Part shown: positions 25,418 through 37,500 of the stretch, one piece after another | Layout of the letters: each line of letters opens with the position of its first letter | Position numbering within the stretch: the first letter of the stretch is position 1 | Source of the DNA: Yuukianura sp. NJ FZ-2021 | Lineage: Eukaryota | NCBI GenBank assembly: GCA_046563655.1 | Contig: CM102288.1 | Location: 2,914,001 to 2,978,000, forward strand | DNA length: 64,000 nucleotides | Reading direction: 5' to 3' | Notes under the pieces: model-generated | Told to the model about the DNA's origin: nothing | Databases searched by the model: none | What the model saw: only the letters and a program-made list of their open reading frames with translations | Program-made: the position numbers and the translations under genes

Positions 25418-27238
25418 TCACCAAGGTCGCCAGACGCTACAGAAGCGAAGTGCATTTGGAGGTCGCAGGAGAGTCAAATTGATTGGTTCAGTGGGGAAAT
25501 CTTCAAGTAGAGATTCAGGGGTTGTGTGAATTGGGCCAGTGACAGGAGTGACCAATGACAGCCCTTGAAGGTCGTCAGATGCGGGGTCACAAAAGTTTGT
25601 TGTCGAGGTCAAATGTGACTTCAGTTGGGTACTTAAGTCTCCCAGGCCAGAACCTGCCAAGAACTGAGTAGCTGCCTCGAGACACTTCTAAAAACACAAA
25701 AAATGCCAAATTTTGAGGTACTTGGTAGCCTTCGTTAAGAAAATGTCATTGAAGCGTGAAAATTCACACCTAAAACGTAAAAACCAAAATTTGCTACCGT
25801 ATTTTCCCAAATAATACACCTGGTGTACTAATTTTGTTTTCGACTTCTGGGGGTGGTGTACTATTAGAGACCTGGTGTACTATTAGGGACGGTGTATTAA
25901 TTCTTTTTTCCAAAAACCTTATTATTTTTTACTAACCTCTCATTGAAATTACGCAAGAAATATTCGAATTTTGCTTGTAAAAATTTTAAAGAAGCCTGTA
26001 AATGATGTGTATTTTGTAGAATTGCTTGTGTAGGAACAAGATAGAAAGAACATTAATGTTTTTTCTGTTGTATTTAATCAGTGTGTTGGTGGATATCCAC
26101 TTTTTGAGCATTTCGTCCAAGGTATATCCACTGGATAAATGGATAAATCCGGATGAAATCCAGTTTCATATGGACGAAATTGAGTTTCGTCCGGAAGAAA
26201 CCAAGAAAATCCGGATATATCCAGCACTTTTGAGGGAAGTGGAAGAAGTATTTTATCCATTCACCAACACTGTAATTTAATTATTAAATATAGCCAAACT
26301 TTTCCAGTAGGCGTATACTCAGAGTTGCTGGAAATCCACTTTTTCGATATTTCGTCAATGGGTGCGCATATCAAGAGACGGTTTAAAATGCAAATAAATT
26401 ATTTTATAATAGTTAACTTAAATTTATTTGAACTCCGCTGAATTTTTAATTTGTTGCATTCACCGTCCACTACAACCCCATTTATTCTATTGGACATCCG
26501 GATGGATTAAGCCACTGGATGTTTAAGCATACAGCAACACTGGGCATACTCCTTGGGTGTATTACCAAAGACCAAAGACCCGGTGTACTATTAGAGACCT
26601 GGTGTACTATTTGGGACGGTGTACTAATTAATTTTTCGGGCCCTGGACCTGGTGTACTATTAGGGACCTGGTGTACTATTTAGGTATGGTGTACTATTAG
26701 GGAAAATACGGTACAACATAAAATCAAAATTTCAATTTTAGAAAACTTACTGTAAATCCATCATGGAATGCGTCGTTTCTGCTCTTCTCAACTTCACGAA
26801 GTTCCCGAACACGAGTTACCGTTAGCTCCAAAATGTCAGCTTTTTCCAATTTTGATGGATTGTCTGTCTAAAATTCAAAAATTCAAAAACTTGAATGATG
26901 CGACCTTTGACCTTGACTTAAAATTTAACACGTACCTCTACCACCACGAGGTCTTTGAGCTGTGCCAAACTTTCATTGATCCTCGCTCGTCTTCTTTTCT
27001 CCATCAAAGGTTTGTTGGTCTTAAACACAAACAGGATACTTCAAAATTTAAAAAATTTCACAAATTCAAAATTTCGAAATCTTACTTTTCGTGACAGAGT
27101 TAAGTTGACTCCTGAAGTTAAAGTATTTTCTTCAGCAGAAGAAGATGAGTCAGTAGACAAAGGTGGATTGACCTCACCAGGAATGACCTTGTTTCGAGCT
27201 GGACGCGTAGCCAGTGCTTTTCTCTTCGTCGCCGTCAT
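25418..27238 (-). CDS. Hairy/E(spl)-family bHLH-Orange repressor (hairy/deadpan/Side-like) with WRPW tail; exons 27238-27086, 27019-26936, 26867-26751, 25687-25418
   Basis: Spliced: ...LSRK|TNKPLMEKRRRARINESLAQLKDLVVVE|TDNPSKLEKADILELTV...FHDGFT|KCLEAATQFL...SVWRPW*. About 207 aa; all junctions are phase 0 GT-AG. Confidence 0.88.
25797..26711. mobile_element. Non-autonomous TIR element (Tc1/mariner-pogo/Tc2-like MITE) in intron 3 of the HES gene
   Basis: Termini CCGTATTTTCCCAAATAATACACC and GGTGTACTATTAGGGAAAATACGG, flanked by TA on both sides (25795-96, 26712-13). Multiple subterminal GGTGTACTA repeats at both ends. Confidence 0.85.
26079..26542. mobile_element. Two related small CAG...CTG-terminated elements (26079-26272 and 26320-26542) nested in the MITE; hAT-like
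   Basis: Ends CAGTGTGTTGGTG/CACCAACACTG and CAGAGTTGCTG/CAGCAACACTG; similar 5' sequences (GGATATCCACTTTTTGAGCATTTCGTC vs GGAAATCCACTTTTCGATATTTCGTC); imperfect ~8-bp flanking duplications. Confidence 0.55.
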
Positions 27239-29005
27239 TTTCTTATGCCTCACTTTTCGAAATTTTTAACTCTGCACTTTTCGAAATTTTTACTTGATTA
27301 GTTTTGTACACGAAAGGTGTGAAAAATCCACTTTGAAATATTATTGTTCGAATCTCCTCTGCCTCGTGTCTGTTTACACCAAATCTCTTTTGAAGAATAA
27401 CCTTTAAAGCCTCCCTTTCAAAAGCTTCAATTTGAGGTTGCGGTTACCTTCCTACTTTTTTTCAATTTTTTGTTACGTTCTCTCCTTGTCTTTTTCACCA
27501 GTTTGACACGAACACGAGCCTTGGAACAAAAAATGATGCGAACACGCCTAAAAGCCTGTACAGAGGGACTAAATTTTGTAATGCTAAAGAGAGACAGTTG
27601 AGCCAGAGATTTGGGAGTTATCAGTGCCAAAGTCAGTCACTTTAGTCTAGCATCCGAGAGTCAATGAGCGTAGACCAACAATCCATGGGGATGAATTGAG
27701 TACTAAAAGTATAATGTGCTGGTAGTATGTGCTGCTGAGCACATGAAACCTTCAGTTCGGCGCGTGCAGAACTTTTCCTCCCATGTCAACGGGAAGTCAA
27801 TGACCCAGATTCAGTTCCACAAGGGAAATGGCACGTGCCGATCTGCGGCCTCTCCTTAAATCTCTGCCTCTTCACTCTCTCATCCTTCCGCACTCTAAAG
27901 TGATGTACAAGTAGCACAAGTTAAGTTAAATGGACTTCTAGAACACAAAATAAAAGTTATTATTATATAATATAACATCAATTTACACAATAATATTCAT
28001 TACTCGCCGATTTTTTACAAAATATGCTTCAACTGTGGGCTTAACCTGCGGAATTATTAAAAAATGAATATTTTAATTTTTAAAATATTTACATTTTTTT
28101 TTTGGATTCTTTTGAAAAATGAATTTCAAAATCAATCGAAGTAATCGATTTTTCGATTTCGTGCAGAAAACAAGACCGAGAAAGTTTTAGCCACGAATGA
28201 GCGAATCTGTGTAATTTGACTTGTTGTTTTTGCAGGAGAAAGCGAATCAACTTTGAAAAAAAAACAACATATTTTATTCACTGAAATTCAAAATATTTAG
28301 ACTATAATTTTTTTTTGCTTTCACGAAAAGTGAAACCTTCACTTTTTTTTTCAAGAACCAAAATTATGGGAATTGTTTGTATTCCTCCTTGTAATTAAGT
28401 CTCTCATGTCAAGGTCCTAATTGCCCTCCCGTGTAACAACAACGCTCTAAACTTTTAACAAATTAAAATTCAACAGATGAAAGTTTTTCGAAAAGTACGC
28501 AACTAACTGACTATTACTTGGAGTTTTACTCGTAAAAAGTAATTGCATGAAACTTCTTTCTGAAGATTCAGAATCTTTATGACCATGTCCAGAAGGAACA
28601 ACATAAAAATTCTGTTCAAAGCAGAAGCCAAACAACCTGCTCATACACTTGTTTGTCTTGGCTTCTGCTAACACATTCAAATTCTCAATTCTTGTTCAGA
28701 ACAAAAGATTTTACAACAAGAATCTTTATAACCTCGTCAAAACAAGCCCAAATGGAAACAGGCATGTCACAAATTTTACTTGTATATTTTCAGTCAATTG
28801 TTCCACTTTTCAATTCAAGATTGAAAAGAAAGTATTACTGAAAGGATTTTGCTGAACATTTTTAATCACTTTGATAATTTAAATTTAGCGCAATTTAAAT
28901 TTAGTACTTACTGTTTAGTGACGAGACACAGTTATCTGCTGGAAAATCTTACGATTTTTTGACAATTTGAAAATTCTATCACAACTTAAACATGGAGTCA
29001 CTCGG

Positions 29006-32000
29006 CTACTTTTCCTTGTTCAAAGCTTGTATAAATTCTTCTAGTTTTTCTTGGATTTGCCTCACTCTCTCTGTTCAAACACAAAGATAAAAGAACAAAA
29101 TGAAGAACAAATCAAATACTTTTAACAAAATAAACAAAACAAAGGCAGTACTTACTCAAATCCTCTGCCAGTTGCACTCTCTTTCCAGTGAGTAACTGCA
29201 GTTTCTTATCCTTGTCTTGACTATAATCTTCTAGCACTTGCTTAATTTCTTTCTCAAGTCTTCTAGCTGCAAATAAACCCCAAATTTAAATAAAACAAGA
29301 TTGACATATGACCCCGAATGATCCTTAAATCTTTAGATTCTTACCTTCTCTATTGACTACTTGTTGTCTCAAGGCATTGGCAGTTACTTTTAGCATTTGT
29401 TGTATCCTCCAAAACAAAACTACTTCGTTACACTCCTGCTGCAGAAAAAAAGAAACACTTTCAATTAGTAATCGAACCAAAACTACAAGAGGTCAGAGAT
29501 TTACCTCCTCTAGTCCGCGTTGGTACATCCAAAATCCTTTCCGGCAATCGTAGCATTTTCCAATCGACTTCTTCAGAAAGTGTCTTCTATAAAGTGGAAA
29601 CCAAGTGGTTCTGATGCCCTCTGCATCCACTTTTACACCACGGTTCTCCAAATTCTTTCTAATCACGGTGTGCTCTTCCAGGGACAACTGCGGACTGTGA
29701 TCCTGAAATCAAAGTGTCACAATGAGTCAATTTCTGGACAGTCATGAAGTACATGGTTGTCCAATGTCCATTCCATAACATTCTGAATGTTAGCTATAAT
29801 GAGATATTCCTTACTGGATCAATGGTAAGAATATTATCCAATTCAGTCTTGATTTTGGATTTGAGTGATTGGTCTGGCGATGATGACTTCCAGTGCATCC
29901 AGCGTTCGTAAGCGCCCGGACCTATCAGTTCCCGCAGCAGCGTTTCTGTTGTCTAAAGATCAAAATTCTCTTGAAACTAAAAATTTCACGAAAGAAATTA
30001 ACTGAAACGCTGAATCGCTTACGGCTAGACGCTCTTGAAGACATTCTTCTAAGAATCTCACTGCAGCATCCCATTGGTATTTGTCATGAACATTTCGATC
30101 TTCAAGTGTATTTAGCTGGATAACTCTTAAAACTTCCGGTGCCTGCACAAAAATCAGCATTGCATTATTTTTACATAAACATTTTTTTTTGCTAAGCTGA
30201 GTCAGCATAAGATTGACCTTGACCTCCCAGTGATGTCGGCGAACAGCCTCCTCCACAACGTTTTCCTTCAAATGATCAAAAATTGAGTCATGGTCTTTGG
30301 ATGTCTTGGCCTTGGCTAGAAAATCTTCAAACTTCTCCTTTAGTACTTCCCATCCGACCTGGACCGATTTTGCTGGAAGTTGATCCTCTGCCCATTGTTT
30401 CAGCCGAATGTCAACAGTTGTATTAAAAACGGCTGAAAACGGTCAATTCTTATTAGAAACTTGTCAAATCGCTTAAGTAAATCGCTTAAACTCTACTTAC
30501 ATGCCGATCCTCCCATCGCGGCTGGTAAGAAAATGTTTTCAAAAACATAGGAACTCATGCTGTCCCAAAGCCTTGCACTGATACTGCTTTCCCATTCTTT
30601 AGCTCCTACTTGACTCAGATTGATCACTTCATCCAGAATTTCACCACGAGCTTTCTCATACAGTTCGTCACGATCCAATTCTCGCAGTCTAAATAAAAAT
30701 TTGAACCTTAGGTTAAGTTAAAAATTTAAAAAAAATTAAAAATTTTAAAATTTAAATTAACAATTTAAAAATTTGAACCTCAAAACAGAAAGGAATTTCA
30801 AACTTCCGATTTCATATTTCCTCATGCTCACCTGGGAAAATTGTTTTTCCATTCGGTCTCTAAATTGAATCGCTGAGCTTTGAAGGCGTCTGCTTGCTGT
30901 TCCACTGTTTCTCGAACCATTTTCCAAAAACATTCACTCACAGCAAAACTTAAATTTTTTGTGGTAACGGCCGTTGATGCCATTGTTTTAAACAGTTTGC
31001 TGTTCTTGAAAAAGTGCTCTTCATAGTCCCGAATTTGCTGAATCGTGTCATTCGTATTCCCTTTTCCAGTTACAACGGCAAAGTACCCCAAGGCCTTCAT
31101 CGGGAAAAGTTTTCCTGACAGTATTTTCTGAATCTGCACAACAAATAAACTTTGTAGAGTCAAATCTTAACTATTTAGGAATTCACAATTGGATTAGAAG
31201 GCTTACCCGCTGTGGATCCATCAAATTGTTTTCGGCCAAGTCAACTTTGGTGAGAACAAAAATTGTTCGCTTTCCTTGTGGATCCATTTGTGATACCAAA
31301 TCTACCATCAACAGAAACTTAAATGTAATTTTACTAACGTTTGGGAGAATTTGCTTCATTCAATGTTGCGTACCTGTAACGTTACTTCTCTCTGCATCCA
31401 CACTTCCATCTTGGATGCACAAGATGATAGCATTGGGATTGCTCATGTACATTCGGGACATTTGAATTATGGAATCCTTTGTGTCGTTTGCCATCTCAAT
31501 AGTTTGTGTCTGCAAAATGTCACACGTTAAGACAAAGTAAATCTTAGATGATAGTTGTTGAACTTACAGAAATTACTCCAGGCAAATCCACTAAAACCAT
31601 TCGACTGAGTCCGGGCCCTTTGACTGTCATTGAAATAACTTCTGAGCTAACAGTTTGACCATTCTTGACACTATTCTTCATACGAATTTCAACTTCACGA
31701 CGAAGAGCTTCTAAGTCTAAGTCTTTAGTTAGGTCAAACTCGCGGGAAGAATCTTTGAACTTGGCAATGTGGTATGGGCCTTCGGACAATGTCACCTTGA
31801 CTGGAGCTCTTGTCATCATCTCACCAGCGCCTCTGTAAAATTCATCATTAAATTAGCACCACATGATCTCTAAGTTACAACGAGTGAAACTTCCTTGACC
31901 TTGGGAATATTCTTGCTTGGGCAATCATTTCAAGGACGCTGGTCTTCCCGCTGGATTGATCTCCAACAACGACTACACGCGGAAGATGGTCTTGAGATTT

Positions 32001-33167
32001 ATATCCAAATTCAGACAGTTCATCAAGAACTTCACTGTACAAGTCTATCAGCGATTTCTGCAAAAGGAACAGCAACAACATTCAGTTCTTATCGTTTATG
32101 CTAACAAAACGATTGAGAATCTTACCTTGATTGCACGGCGAGTTCCTTCGACCTTAGCTTTTAGCAATATCTGTTTCCGCAGTTCCTTATTTTCTTTTTC
32201 TAATTTTTCTAGTTCCTTTTGATACTTCAGCTGAATTTTGATCAGCTCATCTTGAAGGGATTCGACTCTCTGGTTTAAAGTTTCTAAAGTAAAACAAAAT
32301 TTAAGTCATACATAATAATTCTTAGCGAATTTGAACCTCCTTCACTTACCAACTTTTTGCTCAGCTCCTCCTTTAGCAGAACTTTTGAAAAGTGTAAAAG
32401 AAGACGGAGGTGGAGGCGATGGAAGTGCTGGAGTGGCATCGGTTGCTTCTAGATAAGCATAAGTTAAACCTATTGAAATTATAGGATCTCTGGTACATTT
32501 GTGCAAATGAAAACCAAATTGGAACCAAAATTCATTCAGATACTCACCTCCAGATGTCAACTTATCAATTATGTCCGGAACCTTCAGAAATTCTAATGAA
32601 AATTACAAAAGTTAATAGCATGAATGTAATTCACCGAACTATATAAAATCCATTTCTTCCACTCTAACAAATTACTTTCGCGATCAAATTCAGGATTCCC
32701 CTCAGCACTTGCGTTGATGGCTCCTTCAAGTCTTTCGTCGAACCATGCCTTTAGATCCGCATACTTCATTCTCGTCAATTCTTTGAGCCTTGGATCGAAT
32801 TGAAACTCTGAAACTTTGTTCTTCAAATCAATAGCATTCTGTTGCCAACTATCCAGTTTCTCCGGTGGAGGCAGGAGATCGTCTAGCCATGTCATGTCCG
32901 GGAGTGCGTCTTTCCATTGCTTGTACGACTAGTGACAAAAAAAAGTAATGAATTATTACCTAGTAATTTGACGTTGATGTAAGCCATGAAGGAACTTACG
33001 TTATGCAAACTGACACCTCCTCCAACAGCTCCTCCCAGTAGTAAGTATCGAATTTTGAGTACACTTTTGGCAATTCTAGCTACGAGAAGACCGAATGCTC
33101 TGCTATGAACTAATTGAGACGAAGGGACACTAATTAGAAGCCGATTATTCTGCTTTATTCGCCACAT
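29006..33167 (-). CDS. Opa1: Mitochondrial dynamin-like GTPase OPA1
   Basis: [112 protein letters not shown]-terminus [14 protein letters not shown]. Confidence 0.97.
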
Positions 33168-34543
33168 TATGAGACTGTCCTCGGTGTTATAGTAGTTAAA
33201 ATCTAGCTTCCGTTAGTTAACTTCTGTAAGCTCCGTCCCGTTCACTACGCCTTCAGCGGAACAGCACGACTAATGACATTCACTACCAGCCGATGTTAAT
33301 CATTTCCGCCAGTAATTAACTGTAGTTTCTAGTGTAATTAATTAAAGCTTATATTTAATTTAAACTTAAATTTTGACGAGAAAGGTGAAATAACCTTTTG
33401 TTTTTCCGCAAATAAGCGGAGTATTGGTTAGTCCAAATTTTGCGATACCCATCAGCTGTTTTTAGACTGAGCTGGGCAACATCAATTATAATTCCTTTAA
33501 CTTTTTTGTGAAGATGAATTAATTAACTACATATAATTAAATCTTTATACTAAAAGTAATTAACACAACTTAAATAAACTAGTTTGGAACTTCACGTTTT
33601 AACTAAAATATGTATCATACATGTCCTTTTCCAGTAATTATTACTTATGTCCATGCAAGTAGAAATTTTGTAAAATGTGAAACGTGGGTATGCCTTATAC
33701 TTACGGCAAAAATCAAAATTACTTTAACTTTTTGAATTTTTTTTAAAGATGAACTCACCGCCAATTTCATAACTTCTTTCTCCAGCGGCGTCTTTTTCTT
33801 ATGGGCATGAAAAATTAAATTTTTTCAAAAAAAAAAAAACAAAAAAAAAACATGCTTTAATCATTAACGACTTTCTTAGATCTCTCAACCTGCCAATGTA
33901 AGTTGTATCTTTCATCACAGTTCGCGACAATAAAAATGTTTAATACTAAACAAAAAAATCATATGAAAAAAAAACGTTGAAATATTTGTAGATTGAAAAG
34001 TTTTCAACAACACTTTGCATCAGACAGCACTTTGCAACGAAAGTGTATGAGTTTGGGCAACTTGTTCCAGTGAACCTGTCATCAGTCATCACTCATCTTT
34101 TCATAATATGTAGCCCATTACATGTTTATTAAACCACACTTATGAGTATGACGGTTCAACGTTAAAAATGTTTGCACACAGAGGCAAGAATTTTCTAATT
34201 TTCACAAAAAAAAAATTTTCTTTAGTTTTTTTTAGTAAACCTTTATAGAGAAAACGCGTCGAGAAAATGGACCTGTGGTTTTCTACGGATCGTTTAAAGT
34301 AAAACTTGCTGAACATTTTTATTTGACTTTTTGTTTGCAATTTTCTCCCCTCCGTGTTGCTAAATCTTACATAAACAGTTAACATGAAGATTTCTAGGAG
34401 TTGATTTGGCACAGGATAAAGTTTAGAGCCACTGCGTCACTAAAATTGCTAAACCTAAACGTTAGTTTTTAATTTTTGAATGGTAGTGTTTGTGCGGTTT
34501 CGAAGGTGGTGATTGGTGGGTTTTTAGTCTCTTCAGTCCATTG

Positions 34544-37500
34544 TTAATTGCACGTACTCACTTCTATTGTTCTTTTGCACTCACTGCAGGTCACGTTGCA
34601 ACACCAATGAAACTCTAAGCAAAAAACATAAAAACATCCCAAAAATCACTTTTGAGTTGGTGTTAATTACTTTTTAAGTATCCGGAACTTACTGCAGTTG
34701 CATTTGGTTGATTGGAAGATTTTTTGAGTCTTGGAACCTCTAGAACAGCAAAGATTGGCACAGGCGTCATGTGAATTCTCATTCTGGAAATGTCAAATTT
34801 CACAGTTTAGCAAATTAGCACCACTTTTTAGTAGATTATTAACAGTTGACCTTTGACCTACCCTACTACATCGTCTTCCTCTCGTTCCTAGTGAACCTTT
34901 CTTCAAGTCCTCTTCACAAAAGTCGGGACTTGACCGCACAAAGACCAAGTCCGTGTCATGATGAACATGTCCATCTCTGTTGACCAGAACGCGTCGTGAC
35001 CCCAGTTTGGCCTCAGCGACATAATTTGCACGCTCAAATTTTTCGTGCAAAATTTCACCAATTTCCCGAAAACTTGGCATCACTCGCCAACAAGTTTTGA
35101 TTTCACAGGAGCCCGACACTCCGTGACACTTGCAGTCCACTTTCATATGTCTCATGATTATCTACAAAAAATAATGTTAAGTTATAATTTTTTTTAATTT
35201 ACCAAATTTTTAATCAACATTTTCAAAAATTTCAATTTTAGTTAAACTAAATTGAGCTCAAACACCGTTCACGAAAATCGAAAACATAAAGTACGAAAAA
35301 CTTGGCATTTTGTTCTAGATAAGTAGCAAGCATGAGTTTAAAATTCTCATCTCAGAAATGCATGTTTGTTCGAACAGTTTTTAGAAAAGAAGTTTTTTTT
35401 TTAGTTTTTTTTTTTCGAAATTGTATTTTTTGAAAACGTACCTTCCTGCCTGCCTCATTGTTGTGTAGGTTCATGAGTGCTTTGGAAGTTTTATTCCCCT
35501 TTTTCCTACTCATTTTATGATCTTTGGCATCCACAAAAGTCCTGGACAGAGACACACCGTAGTCCACGTTGTCTGAACACCCCGCCCATTTGAAATTCTT
35601 GCTCATGACTCTGGCAGCAGTGATGGCTGACTCTGGGACAGTCGCTGACCGCTCCACCATTGACCTGTCACAGCCACAGTTCGGAGAGTTACCAGCAGAA
35701 CACTGTTTAGTCACACTGTGGGCCACTCCAGCCGCTGAAATGGCATGCAGAAACGCTGCTTCTCTCGTTCCTACAAAAAGACAAAGAAATAAAGCAAGGT
35801 CAATGACCTCTGACCCCACGCTTTGACCTTTGAGTTTGTCCAGGTCAAATGACGTACCGTCAGGAACAATCGGAATTTTCCCGCTCGTAGAAGTCGTCTG
35901 GAATCTTCTAAGAGGCGTTCCGTTGTTGGAATTCAGAAAACTTCGTTTTCCTGAAAAAAGAAAGCATTCAAAATCAGATTTAACGAAAAACCGACACTTC
36001 GGGGTGAGGAAATACAAAAATTGTGTATTTTTTTCAAAATTTGGAAATCATTTTTCAATTTTTTCTTGTTTTGAAAAAAAAACGGGTTCTCTCGTGTTTG
36101 CTTTCTCTTTTCCCGCCTGATTGTCCTCCGCATGTGAGTGACAGACAGGCGGAAACTAAGAAACGATGAAAGGAAACAGATGGAGAGTGCCGCCCTGTGC
36201 TGAAGATACAGACCAGGAGCACCAGAAATCAAAAAGTCATGGAAGTACTACTGGAAGTACTTTTACTAGCAAAAAAAATAGAAAAGTACTGGCAGTATTT
36301 GTTACTCCAGCACAAAAAGTATTTGTAGTGGGAGACAGGAGAACATAAATAGCATGAAAGAGAGAAACGGAATGACAATTTGATTAGCTTCTTCCTTTAC
36401 TTTTTTGTCCCGGGCTTTCACCACTCACAAAAAATTCAAAAAAAAAAGCCGGGAGAAAGCAGAAGTGAAAGCATCAACTTTCTCTTTCTTCTTAATCTCA
36501 GCAATCAAACTTTTTTTTTCTTCCAGAAATCCACGAGGGGAACAAAAGATCAACGACAACTCAGATTTATGACCGGAAAACTGTGAACACGCACAAAAAA
36601 ATGACAAGAAAATAAATATAAAAAACATCAAAAAAGTGGAAGAAAATTTTACGCACATTTTTTCCGAAACAGAAAAGAATAGTAAACAGGTTTTTCATAA
36701 AACCAAGCCAAAAGTTGTGAGATAAAAACTGTGAATTGAAATTGACCAAGTTTGACTTTTTTGGCGAATAATATTTTAGAAGGGCGTTTTCACAATTGTT
36801 AAATCCTTAATCTCTCCCCGAGAAGAAGTGATTTTCGTTCGTTGGACCGAAGCAGTCACGAGAATTGATTTTGAAACATTTATTTTACTTATTCTGAAAA
36901 TTTAACCAATTGACCAAATTCCTTTTTCTTTTCTTAATATCCACAATCCTACTAAAAATCTTAACACACAAAATTCCAATTCAAAGACACGCCAGGAAAA
37001 AACGCCATTTCAAATCGAGCGCCTCTTTCTCAAAAATAACAAAACAAATCTGGCGCTGGTTTTTAACTTAAAATCAATAATTAAAATTAACCTTAATTTC
37101 TAACACATTCCCACCTTCTTTGGCTGGGAAGTCAAAGAAAACAACAAACCCAAACGTTAACTTTAAACTTAAAATTAAATTTAGGTCGATCAGAAAATCT
37201 TAAAACTAGTATTTAGGATGAACTGAAAACTTAAAACTAGTATTTAGGATGAACTGAAAACTTAAAACTAGTATTTAGGACGAACTGAAAACTTAAAACT
37301 AGTATTTAGGACGAACTCAAAAAAGCTTAAAACTATCAGTAGTCGCAGTACCTTACGGGCTTACGAACAGTGCGTCCACTTCGAGTAGTCGTTATCACTG
37401 GTTGCTCCGGATCTTCTGTTTCGACGTCTTCCTCTTCATCCGAGTCTTGAGCAGCCATTTCCAGTTCCAAGTCAAGGGAAAGTTCACCAGTCGGGTAGTC

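Noticed and set aside
37199..37335. 31-bp repeats as a CRISPR-like array
   Set aside because: The units are contiguous with no spacers; the context is a eukaryotic retrotransposon UTR.
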